Assembly (NCBI RefSeq): GCF_001194135.2
Contig: NC_068981.1
Coordinates: forward strand, 191,830,818-191,880,325
Reading direction: 5' to 3'
Length of the DNA stretch: 49,508 nucleotides
Origin: Octopus bimaculoides
Taxonomy: Eukaryota
Below, in pieces: positions 11,001 through 24,615 of this stretch (positions within the stretch are counted from its first letter, which is position 1; each line of letters begins with the position of its first letter). A program made the translations under genes and the position numbers. The notes beneath the pieces were generated by a model. That model was not told the DNA's origin and searched no databases. It worked only from the letters and a program-made list of their open reading frames with translations.

Positions 11001-14000
11001 GATCCGTCTAGCTATTGAAGTGTTTGGCGGAAAGAGAAACCTGACTTCACAATGCTAATGTGTTTGTGACAGGATATATTACTTAATGCTAATGCCTTTC
11101 AAACAAAGGCTATTGGAATAATAGAGCTTTTTTTTTTCTTGTTCCTAATGGAAGATGATATATAATATTTGTTGAATATATAGTAGTAGATTAAATCTTA
11201 GAATATGAGTAAGTCTGCTTATGAGACTCAAATGAGAACTGATCGCTAGCTTTCTTGACAGCAATTAGGGCTATTACAAATGTAAAGTATTTTGAGGAAT
11301 TCTGCAGAGAATAGATTATATTTAAGGACAAAATGTAATCAGATATTAAAAAAGAAAATCTTTGTTGGAAATGTTAAATAATAAAAGGTTTAAAATTTCA
11401 GAAGCAAAGAGAATAGCTGATAAATTAAATTAAATATGAAATATTCAAATATACTTTAATCTTGTTTTGGAAGAGTTTCTGAGCTCTAGCTGAAGGCTAC
11501 AATGCACTTCATTTGGCACCATCACTATGGTATTGATACTGAGGCCAATACATTTAAACATATCAAATGCAATTTGTTTATATGCATACAGACAATAGTA
11601 GATTGCAAACAGAATTTTGTAATTAGAAATTTACATGTTTTTTCACCAGACATTGTGATGTATATGTAAATTGTAGCAGAGCAGGTAGCCATATTAAGGC
11701 ATGAAGCACTGTATTTGCAAATAGTTATTTAATGTAGTACATGGAAAACATGAAATGAAATGAAGCCACTGATGGTGCCTTTATTATAAACTTTTGATCT
11801 GCCAGAAATAGCAACAAAATCCCTTTCATATTACTACTTTCTTTAAAAAAAATGACATGATGTAGATACACTTTCTGAATAAGAAATAGGATAATGTGGC
11901 CTTACCTACATAAGGCTGAGAAAGCAAAAAAGACAAAACGGTTATGAATGGAATGATGATGAAGCAGAGCAGGAGATAATTAATGAGCTGCAACAGTTAA
12001 AATGTTGTAAAGATCAACATCCTTTCACCAGATTTAACATATCCCTGCAATATGGGGATAAATAACTGGTAAAAGAAATATTTTTTGAATGAGTAGTTGC
12101 AGCTAACTGAATTTACAATTAACTGCATTTGTGAAAACACAAAAAGTCTGCTGTCTTGTGTTATGACAAACTAGACTATACTAATAAAGAAANNNNNNNN
12201 NNATTGTATTTCTTATTTCTAAATGTTTGGCAATTACTGAGCTGAATGTTTTGCTTCAATAACAGCAGACCAGGATTATCCATCAAAGACATTGTGCTAA
12301 TTTTACTTGTTAAAACATTTTAGCTCACAAAAACCTTCTGTATTAAATAGAGGAAAAGTTGTGATAGTGTTTATACACAATGAAATGCCAACTTTTCCTT
12401 GCTCACATGGAATTTGTTGAGGCAGATTTTCTATGGCCAGATGCCCTTCATGTTGTTAACCCTGTTTTCTAAGTAAATTAATATTTACCCATGGCCGGAT
12501 ATGTTTTCACAGAGGATTGAAAACAAAAGGTACTGCGAGTATGGCAAGGTGTCAGGTACCTCATTCCTTTGTCATTTCATCTGAAAGGTTCAGCTTTTTG
12601 AGGTCATTCTTCAGTACTTCATTCCAAATATAACAGGCTTCTTTGAGTTTCCATCTAACAAATCCATTTACAAGGCTTTGTTGGCTCAGGGCTACAACAG
12701 ACATTTACCCAAGTTGCCATGCAATGGAACTGAACCCAAAACCATGTGGCTTCTCAACCACACAGCCAAGCCTGCACTTTCATAATTAATTAATGAAATT
12801 CAAGTTACTAATTAATATTTTGTGCTTTCCATATTTCAAATTATTACAAAATTTCATTTTTTTTTTTAAATTAAACTTATTTCTTTTCTAATGCAGGAGG
12901 ATAACTACAATTTTTAATTGTAAATTGCATATAATACTAATATATTTATAAAGTGTTACTTGTGGCATTAACATTAGCTGTATGTAATAGCTAATATGAT
13001 CTGTATATTTTCCACACATTAAAATTTAAGCCTTCTTTTTGTTAATAATATATAGCTGTTTATTAGCAGATTTTTGTTTATCAATTTGTATTCATGTATT
13101 ACTAATTTTATATTTTTTCTATTTTTCTTTTAACCTTAAAGTAAAAAAGTGGACCCCTGTCAAAAGACACCATTCTGCAGGTGACATGTTGGTCACTGAA
13201 ATAGAGCCAGGTAATGACCTGGATAAAGTAGAACGTCCAAAATCAGAAGGACATGCTTACACCAGGCAATTTTCACCAAAGAGAACATCTAGTTATGGGG
13301 TATGTTTATTTTATTGAAATGTATGAAATATATCAAGTATCTCCTGATGAAAAGCTTCGTTATAGGTTGAAGCATCCATGGGGACTAATCATTATGCCAC
13401 TTTTATTTTTGTTTGTTGGAAGAGGTTTAACCTTTTTGCTATCACATATTTCTGCTGAAATACTCAACTTTTGTTTCAATTAATTTTGCAACAGACGAAG
13501 AATTTAGTAAAATAACTTCACCATTCTTAAGCTTGTGTTTCAAGCATAAATTAACTGAATTTTTTATGGAAAATTTTAATTAAAATCACCTTAAAACAGG
13601 AAGTTTGTATCACTGAACTGAGGGCAGTTTCAAGCAGGTTGGTATCAAAAGGGTTAAAAATGTCATCTGAGTGGAGCTGAAGAAATAAATATTAGTCATA
13701 TATGTTCAGTATTCAAACTGATTACAGAGAGAAAGAGAATTCAGGACTGTTGCATGTTACATCTGGCTTCTTTGGTGTTGTAATATAAACAGTTTTGTTA
13801 GCATGAAATATATTAAAAAAAACAAAACAAAAAACAGATCTTGAGTTCTTTAGAATTCCACTTCTTCAAAAATAGTGTTTGCTAGTAGCCATGTCATGGT
13901 ACTTGTCTGTCTTCAAATATTTGAGCAAATTTTTTTTCTATACTTTGCTTTATCAAAAACTTTAATATATTTCTTTCATGCTTTCCTTTCTGATCTTGAT

Positions 14001-16274
14001 TTTACAAAGACCTGTTTTGAAGCAGTGCTGTTATATAAACTTTCAGAGTCAAATTTTTTATAAATTTTCATATAACCTATTGTGGTATGTGTTGTAATTG
14101 TTACAATTTGTTTTCCAGATAAGAATTTAAGGAAATAACTGCTCTCTTTCTATCCTCCCCCCCTCTCTCTCTGTGGTGTTTCAGTCCAGACTAGCCCTGA
14201 TCAAAGGAGCAATTACTGTTACTGGGGTTATCTAGGACTACATTAACTACATTGTCCTTGCTGTTTTTAAAGAATAGCTGGGCTCAAAAAGAGATTTGGC
14301 TGCCATTTCTTGCAGATCAAGTGGCCACATAGTGGCTCCATCATTGTTATTTAACGATGATGATCTTTTTATGTTAGTTTTATGAGGCTTATGAAGATAA
14401 TGAAATTGTTGAATTCCAAACATAATTGTTACAAAGTAACTTCTGTTTGAAACATTACATCATATTATTTCAGTAATAAAATATATTAGACAATAAAGCT
14501 GATATAAAAATTAAATTAGCCTGTACACATTAATTCACTAAAATTTTTTTTGAAATATAATTAATTCATTAATAACCTATTTCATTGACTAACAACTTTA
14601 CCAAACTAACCACTGGTTTATAATAAAAATAAGTAATGAGCATTGATGAGTATATGAGTGAACCAGCCTTAAGTACTGTAAATCATCATCCTCATCATTT
14701 AAAGTCTTTTTTCCATGCTGGCATGGGTTGGGCAGCTTAAGAAGATCTGAAGGACTGCATTGAAGTTATGGCTGGGATGCTCTTTCTAACTTGGTGCTTA
14801 CTTTCATACTTGCAGCACAAGTAAGACAAGAGAGCATAACGAATCACCAGTCTTCTCAGTCCTTTGACATTTCCTCCATGTGGCTCAAGATCTGGAGCTC
14901 AGCCTCCACTAATCTGTCTCGTGTCTTCCTGAGTCTTCCTCTTCTCCAAGTTTCATCTACTTTAAGTGACCTTTAAACAACTGTTCTCATCCTTATGCAC
15001 CATGTGGCCAAACCAGCACAGTCTTCTCTCTTGCAAGCTATATCTGATTCTTCTTATGTCTAACTTTTCTCTCATCACATTTGCATTTTGTTATACATGC
15101 ACACTAACCATTGCACATCCAATAGAGCATGCTAGTTTCATTCCTCTCTAGTTTTTGCATATCCTCAGCATTCAGGGCCCATCTCTCCCATTTAGCATTG
15201 CTGTTCATACACAAGCATCATACAGTTTGCCTTTCATTCTGGGAGAGAGGCTTTTTGATGTCTACAAAAGTAATAGCTCTGAACTTTCTCCAATGAAAAA
15301 TTTGTAGCATGAAAGAAATATTATTTGCTCATTATTTGTATATGTTTTAAGGGATCTTAATCAATTTTGTATCTGGATATATTCAGTGTCATAGAATATA
15401 GTCATTTCAGCTATTTGGTCAGTGAGTTAACTGTTCAGAGCATTGTACTAGAGTATATACTTCAGTTATGTTCCATGTCTTGTTTCCTGTTGCCTTCAGA
15501 GTTATCTCAATGTCCCAGGTGAATAACAGCTTATTTAGATAAGCAGTTCTAGTTATGATGCCATTAACCTTTTCCTCATAGTACACTACAAGAGATTTTA
15601 TAAATGATCATGTACAAGATTTAAAAAATATCAGTCGTTTGTCAGGCTTTCCAACTAAAAATGTTTTGCAGTAAAACATACCTTTTTAGTTTTAAGTAAA
15701 AATATTTTTACTCTCTACCAGGCACCTGTTCTATATCGTTAGTTACCTTACTCTTGAGAAGTCTGACAAAAACGTCATTGGCTGTGTCTGACTCAATAAA
15801 CTGAGCCGACTGCCTCTGGACTTCAGCCTGTCTCTCCTCTCTAGGATTGAAAGTATCCTATTAGATCATACATTACAGTGTGTGGTGATGGTGTGCTCTC
15901 CATCAATTAAAGTTCAGATGCATCCATCATACGATTCCTTATTAACAACCTGCTTGCTGTCACGTCTAAGGATGCTCAGTCTTTTGCTGATGATATTACT
16001 ATTCACTTTTCTCTATCCTTTTGAACAGTCATCTTCTGTATGCAACCCCAACAGCTCGCACTAAACTTTCTCTATTTCCACAAACAAAGACCTCCCAAAT
16101 ATTCTCCAATGGTGAAAGTACAAAGATGCAATGACTGCTTATGTCAAGAAACAATCTTGTATCTCACCCTCTCCACTCTTGAACAATACACAATTGAAGT
16201 CAATAAATGCTAGACTTCACAGTCATTGATGGTTTCTCTACATCTCCAAAACTAACCTGCTTCTGAACAGTGAT

Positions 16275-16312
<38 letters not shown>

Positions 16313-17370
16313 GCTCATCAACCCAACTCTATCTCATCCTTCAACTGTCACACTAACCATTAAACCCAATTCTGCCTCTGCACAATCTTAACTCTCTAGA
16401 ATTGCTTCCCTGTTTCTTGTTTTTGTTTTCATCTTTGATGTTGATTTACTGTTCAAACATCAACCATATCAATTTTCGCTGTCTGGGTCATGGGCACTGT
16501 TCCTTCTCAGTTGAAGGGGTTGGGGACCTCACCAGAACATTTTGCTTAACAAAAATTGTTTTGCTACTATTAAATTTTGGAGAATGATCATTTTAAAACG
16601 AAACTAGACAAAGATAATGTTAAGAGGACTCTTGGTTCTAATGCAGTGTAATGTTATTATAGATGCAATGGCAGAGATTAAGACGCTATTAATTATTCAG
16701 TTATTTTGCTTCACACATGAGACTGAAGTCAGATCAGATCAGATCAGCCTTATTTATTTTATATATTACATTTTGTGAACAATGACACCATTAGTTTTAA
16801 AGGGTAGCCACTAGTTTCCTGAGCTTGCAATAAGTGTTGGTGCAATTGAAAACAGAACGAATACTACAGAGTATTTTAGTTTGATAGCACCAGATTATTG
16901 GTTTTTCTCAGTGATATTTATATCTTTCATTGATTTACATTAGCAAAAGATGCACACACATACTCATTCAATAGATTTCCACAATGTGTCTGTCTACCAC
17001 ATTTTACTCAAGGCATTGGTCAACTCGAGGCTATGTTGAAATACATAAATGATGACTTAACATCAATATCTTAGAAAGCAGTTAAAAAGGAAGGCCAGCA
17101 TACTAGTAGGATAGAAGCGATCATCATCATCATCATCATCATCATTTAACATCTGTACTCCATGTTGGTATGGGTTAGATGGCTCAACAGGAATCAGTAA
17201 GTCTAAGGACTGTGTCACGCTCCAATGTCTGTTTTGACATAGTTTCTATGGCTGAATGCCCTTCCCAATACCAGCTAGTTTAAGAGTGTACTGGGTCCTT
17301 TTTTGTGTGGCACTGGCACTTGTGTGGTTACCATGTAACTCACAAGACCCCTCAACTGAGTAGAACTACA

Positions 17371-17414
<44 letters not shown>

Positions 17415-20400
17415 TTTATGCTAGGTGTTGAGAGAATTAAGTGTGAAAGAAGGATCAGGAACAGGTTTCTTGATGTAGAGGTGATACATGCCTGCCTCAT
17501 TATTTAAAAATGGATGGGAGGATTTGGAATGGAGCTGGACAGAGAGATAAAGATGGTGGTGGTGGTGGTGACAAAAAAATACAATTATCAAATCAATCAA
17601 TCTTATTTATATGCTTTCACTGATATACTGATTTGATTAGTTTCAAGGCTAAGATTGTGTGTCAAAGGAGAGGTTTTGATGAGTTAAAATGATGAAAGCA
17701 TGTTAAGAAGAACAATATAACAAGGATTGGTGTACAGATGCATGTATATGTTTGTTGTCACTTATTTTATTGTAATATTTGTTTACATCTTAAATAGATA
17801 TGTCATTTCTGTTTTGTTTATTTTGACTTATTTTGTATTTCTTCTTCTCTAGGGCCAATCTCCTTTTGGAAAAGCAATCTCATATAAGAAACAAGAAAGA
17901 TTAGGTGAAGGTTCATATGCAACAGTTTATAAAGGAGTCAGCTGGTAAGTCAGAGTTGTTCGCTATATGTTATAGAATGTCCTTATATGGCCAATACATT
18001 GCCCTACATATAAGTGAAGCAGTAATCCAGTCATAGAAACCAGGCCAAATTCAGACTGGGACCTGGTGTAGCTCTCCGGCTTACCAGTTCCAGTCAAACC
18101 ATCTAACCCATGCCAGCATAGAAAGCAGATGTTAAATCATGATGACGATAATGTAGGTGTGTTGCACTGACTTTAATCGAAGAACATCAAAAACTAAAGT
18201 AATTTTTTTTTTTTAATTAGTAAAAGCAAATGTTATTAAATTTATAATATAATAATGTTAGTCAATAAGGAGAAAAGTTTTTCAATTTCTCTTTCAAGAC
18301 ACAACAGGATGTATTGAAACTTCCAGTATCTATTGGCAGAAGAGTCCACTTCCTCATACCATTGTTTTATATCTATATCATTTCCTATAGTTATTTACTA
18401 CTTTTATACTGGTTAAAGACTGAAATGGCTATTAGAAAGTAATTGAAGGATGTTTGTGAAGAAAAGAGAATGTATTTGTGACAGTTTTGTCGAGCCAGTT
18501 GGATATTGTTCCAGCTGTGATCATGCTGTCTTGTTTTCATATATAATGTATCTAGGATTATATTATTTTATTAGTTTAAGCAGCTGCAAAGGGGCTCCTT
18601 TATTTTAATAATATATACATTCCTTTGTTGGTAGCTACTCTACATTATGTTATTGCACATATACTTCTAAAAGGATTCTTAGAAATAACTTAAGTAGAAT
18701 TTTGTTATTTTTGAACATGTGTGTGGATGAAGGTTGTGGTTAGGAGTTTAATTAGTTTTGCGTGTGCCTGTTTCTTAACCCTTTTATTTTCATTTTTCTG
18801 TTGAAATAAACTTAATCTGTTTTGATTAATTTTGAAAACAAGGAAGTTATTAAAATAACTTTGTCATTATTAAGCTGGTGTTTGGATCACAGATCAACAT
18901 GAAATTTTAATGGAAGATTTTAATTTAAATGACTTTAAAATAGAGTTTGTATCACAGAACCAGGAACCTAGGTGGGTTAGTATCAAAAGTATTGAACCCA
19001 AGAAATTCTAAAGTTAATAAAACTAATTTTGCCTTTTATACAAACAACTATGTTAGTGGAGAGAAAGCGAAGAAGCCAGTAATTTAAAAATTTAGCATTT
19101 TTTCTTCACCTTGTGATTGCTAATGGAAACATTATTAGAGAATTTGATACCATAGTGGCGTTTTTATTTCACAATAAGCACAGGCAGGACTCTGTGGTTG
19201 AGAAGCTTGCTTTCCAACCATGTCATCTTTAGTTCAGTTCCACTGCATGGCACCTTGGGCAAGTGTCTTCTGCTATAGTTGTGGGCTGATCAAAGGCTTG
19301 TGAGTGGATTTGGTAGGCAGAAACTGAAAGCAGCCTATCATATCTGTGCATGTATATGTGTGTGTGTTAGTTAGTTAGAAAGAGAGAGAGATAGTGAATC
19401 ATAAGCTTCTGCAGGATTTCCATTTACTGAAGTTCACTCTCAAGGCATTGGTCACCATAAGGTTAAGTATGATAGCAGGCAATATACTCAAGGTGTCACA
19501 AAGTAAAATCAAGCTGAGACCCATTTGGTCGCATGGTTTTTATCGTTGGATGCCCTTCCTGCTGTCCAGTAAGGAATCTTTTTATGCCACAGGTCTTCAA
19601 AAGTTTAAGTCATAATGACAAAAAGAAATACCAGCATCAAATCAGTTTTTCTCCAGTGAAACTGTGGAATTCATCAACATTCACGCACATTTACATATGT
19701 GATCTCATGCACACACAACAGGCTAAAAATTTCCGTCTACCAAATTCACTGACAAGGTTTTGGTAGGCCCAGGACTACAGAAGACACTTGTTCAGGGTGT
19801 CACACAAAGGGATTGAACCCAAAGCCATTTCCTTGTGAAGTGAAATTCTTAACTACATAGCCATTGCTGTGTTTATATTTGTTAGTATTAGGACAATGTT
19901 AATGAAGTGTTTGTTCTATTAGTAATCTGTAATACTCTAAATAGATTATCATGAATGCCATTTTAATTAGATATTTGTCACTAATTATAACAGTATATAT
20001 ATCTTTGTTATAATACTGAGTTATTCATTCATTGCAAGTCTTTTATTTGATGTTGCTCTTATTTGTGTAGATTCCAATCGATGTTTGGATTTATGTCTTA
20101 TCTATTTGTTGCAGAATATTTCTTATAAAATGTTGTTTAGGAAAAAACACCAGCCACAAAACCTGTTCCCCACCCCCAGCCATGTTCTGTATTGAATCCA
20201 ACTGTACAGCACTTTGGGCAGGCCCAAACCTTATGATTGGGTTGACAGAAACTGCATGGAAACTTGTTGGTTGTCCTTTATATTGCTTTTGGTTGGTAAA
20301 TTTAGTCATTACCCAGTTTAATGGTTCTTGCTATACAAATCAAATTTCTTGATATCTAAGACCCTTCTGTTAATTCCAGAAGTTCTGCAAAAATGTCAAA

Positions 20401-20600
20401 TCCACTTCCATTCTGATCTAAATATACCATATATTAAAAAAAAAGTTTAATAGGTGCAGGCATGGCTGTATGGAACCACATAGTTTCTGGTTCAGTCCCA
20501 CTGCACAGCACCTTAGGCAAGTGCCTTCTACTAAAGTTCCAGGCCAACCAATGCCTTGAGAGTCAATTTGGTAGATGGAAACTGTGGAGAAATTCAGCGT

Positions 20601-20639
<39 letters not shown>

Positions 20640-23600
20640 CACATACTCATACACATGTGTGTGTTTTTGTGCTTGCATTGCATTTGTCTCCCACCACTGC
20701 TGAACAACTGGTGTTTATGTTCCTGTAACTTAGCAGTTTGGCAAAGGAGACCAATAGAACAAGTACCAGACTAAAAAATAAGTCTTGGAGTCAATTTATT
20801 TGACCAAACTCTTAAAGGCAATGCCCCAGCATGGCTGCAATCCAATGACTGAAGCAAACTATAAAAGAAAACGGTGATTGTTATGAAATCTTCAGAAGAA
20901 CTTCTTTACTCATGAGAAATAGGTTTGTGTGCAGAGTCTAGGAATATGTGGTCAAGAATAGCTGATCAGTGTGGAGATGAGTGATGCTACCTGTTTGTGA
21001 ATAAAATATTGTAATATGAATAAGCAGCTAGTATCACCTTTCAAGCAGTAAATACTACTATTCATCCTACTGCTTTATTTCACTATGAAACATAGTTTTT
21101 AATGTTAATGAATTGTTTTTGTAACAAATATAAACAATTAGTAAAGTTCATTGCTTTGTCTTATATTTATTACTGTTCTTGTAGATTTTTCAGTTTCTGT
21201 AATTAATCCAAATGAATTTAAAATTGCTTAAAAATTATGATTAAAGAAAACATGTTGATTGATAGCTAATCCCCAAGAGAATATGGTTGTGTTGTTATAT
21301 TTAGCATGTCCTTTGTGAAATCCATATTATGCAAGTAAAGAGGATCAACAGTCATTTATAATTCAAAACAACACAACTGCTGACTATCAATGTTAATCCT
21401 CTAAACACGTTATGTGTAGTTCAATACAAGGCTTTTTTTTTTTGTTTTAAAATGTCAATCTTGCCGATAAAGTGAATGTTAAAATTGTGTATTTGTAGGT
21501 TTCCTTGTTTTTGGGGGGAGTGGGGTGGGGGTTCTGGTTTCTCATTAATGGAAAAAAAAAAAATTTGGTTTTTTAGACTAGAAGCAGTGCTCTTTCATTG
21601 GAATTTAGACATCAGCAGGGTAGTCATGTAGATATCTATGTATGTGTGTATTTATGTATGCATGCACATGTATACATACATTACATACATATACATGTAT
21701 GTGTGTGTGTATACACGCTCATGTAGGTATAGGCATGGATGTTATTGCAAATATGAATTTTATTTCATCTTAAACTTCTGAATGTTTTAATCCTTTAGCA
21801 TTCAAATTGGCCATATCAATCCCAAGTATTTTACCTGTTTTGTGTTCAAACTGGCTTGATAAGGTGTCATACACCTACCCTGCATTGCCATTCTAAAACT
21901 AAACAAACACATCATCGAGATATCGAAGTTACAAGATAATGTATGATTAATTCAAAATATTGTGAATAAATAAGCATTACATTTGACACATAATTCAAAT
22001 GCTAAATGGTTAAATATCTTAACTGTGCCTCTGATAGCATGTAACAGTTATCTTTTAGAAATGTTCTTCCTGATTTTGTGAAGCCCAGATTCTCAACATG
22101 GGTACTGAGGTTGTTAGTTACATAACCAAGTGCTCTAATAATTATTAGTAAAAATCTAAAACTATATCCTGGATGAGGGTAACTATAGAGATCTCGTTGT
22201 CTGTCTGTCAATCTTTCTTTAGCCATCTCCTTTTTCAGTAATTGTACTCATATTGCTCGTGTTCTATTTTTTCTATTTTAGTTTATCTAAATATTATTCT
22301 TCTGGATTCTTCTCTTCAGTACTTTTTGACTTTGATAGTTATTAACTTTCATGTGATTTCAGTTTAACAAATCAAGTGGTAGCTCTTAAAGAAATCCGGT
22401 TGCAACAAGAAGAAGGAACTCCTTTTACAGCCATTCGAGAAGGTAAGTTAGATATTGATGATTTAGTGTTACTCATGTCTATATAAAGAATATGACACCA
22501 AGGTAGAAATATATAGACTTTGTGTGTGAATACTAAATTTTTCTTCTCAGCTGATATTGTGAATGTGAAATAATTTGATACATTTAAAGGTTGGAGAAAT
22601 TTTTTTATATATTTGATTATTCTATCTAAAAGTTATTTGTTTTTTTTTTTAAGCTAACAATACATTGTGAAATTTATTCAGTATCTAAGCTGGTCTAAGC
22701 TATGTTGTTAAAATTTAGTTTAAAGAGTATTCTTCTCTGTTGTTAAACAATGTAGTTTTTCATATTTGTGATGAAGTGTCAACTTGATTAAACCTTAATT
22801 TATTTGTTTTATATTTTTCACTCTCCAGCTTCATTATTAAAGGTCCTTAAACATGCAAACATTGTCACATTGCATGATATAATCCGTACAGATGAAACAT
22901 TAACATTTGTTTTTGAATATGTTGTGAGTATTTAGTCAAAATTTGTTCACTCTTTTTTGTTTTTAGAATTACTTCACTTTTTGGTGAGAGGGATTATTTC
23001 TTGCTACTGTAATAAACTAAATATCATCTTTTTGTTATTTTCCCCCTCAATTTTTCAATTTCTTACTATTTAGCAATACCCTCAAAACAGTGAGCATTAT
23101 TTCTAGGCTATTTCTCTTAACAGTTTGATACCAACCTGGCTGAGACTGCTCCTCGGTCTATGAAACAAACTTCTTGTTTCAAAGAGATCTAAATTAAAAC
23201 CTTCCATCCAAATGTTTTTTAATCTATGATCCAAATATCAGCTTAACAAGGACTTTACTTCTTCAATATTTTCAAAATTAACTGAAATAAAAGTAGTTTA
23301 TTTCACAAGAAATATGACAAAAGGGTTAAATCCACAATATAAACGTGTGTATGTATTAGTCCAGTTGGTTACTGGACTAATACATACACACATACAAGTG
23401 TGCATACATTTAAACATGCATTCATATGTTCATATTTATGTTGGCAGCAGCAGAATTTTAATGGCTGTTTTTTGATAGTGGCCTTTATTGGACAGTTCTA
23501 CTGGCAAGAATAACCCCTTGTGTAATTTGGAGTGCTTAACTTTTGAGTTAAAGTGCTGGTGTTAAGAATTACTACCAAGTTTTAGATAATCAAAAATTAT

Positions 23601-24155
23601 AAAGAAAACACTTTTAAATGACTCTTCCGATTGATATGTAAAACTCTATGGCAACCATTTATAACAACATAAAATCTTTCAAAATGTCATCTAATTTTTA
23701 TGACCTACATTAAAAATGTCATGTATTTGACAATCATATTTTTGTGTTTTGGTTTCTCTAAGAAAGTTTCCATTTTATGAAAGCTGTTATCCATTTTTTT
23801 CATCCCAATTTCAGCATACAGATTTGAGTCAGTATTTAGAAAAACACACCGGTGGATTAAATGCATTTAATGTTAAGGTAAAACTCTTTCTTCTAATTTA
23901 TCCATAATGTTTTTTTTTTTGTTTTTGACTTTGTATTTCTGAATTTGACATATTCTGAATGCTTAAATATCTAATAGAAATATTTTCAGAGCTTCATAAA
24001 TGTGTAGGTACAGAGTTCAGTTTTTAATTAAATGATTTTGAGTTCTGTCTCACTAAATGACATTTTTGAGCAAGCACCTTCTACTGTAGCCTCAAGCTGA
24101 TCAATACCATGTGAATAGAATTATTGGGTGGAAAATGTATAACACATCATTTATG

Positions 24156-24199
<44 letters not shown>

Positions 24200-24579
24200 C
24201 AAACGTGGCCAATGACAGTACCCACTGACTGGCTTCCATGCCAGTGGCACATAAAATGCACCTTCGGAATGTGGCCGATGCCAGTACCCCCTGACTGGGC
24301 CCTGTGCCGGTGGCACATAAAAAGCACCCACTACTCTCTCAGAGTGGTTGGTGTTAGGAAGGGCATCCAGCTGTAGAAACTCTGCCAGATCAGATTGGAG
24401 CCTGGTGCAGCCTTCTGGCTTGCCAGACCTCAGTCAAGCCGTCCAACCCATGCCAGCATGGAAAACGGATGTTAAACGATGATGAGGATGATATATAGCA
24501 AATAAGTAACAAGGAAGTGTATATTTGTCTCCTCATGACATCACATGATAGTTGATGGAAACTCTGTGTACACACTCAT

Positions 24580-24615
<36 letters not shown>

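Noticed and set aside
13211-13216. Internal donor CAG|GTAATG in the 13142 exon
   Set aside because: It would end in phase 1 against a phase-0 acceptor and frameshift the kinase; no support without RNA data.
20115-20350. Open frames on both strands after TTGCAG in a CDK14 intron
   Set aside because: No recognisable homology and no phase-compatible donor; likely chance or ancient repeat.
21513-21531. G-rich tract, possible G-quadruplex (also about 44472-44485)
   Set aside because: Fewer than four separated G3 runs; simple poly-G.
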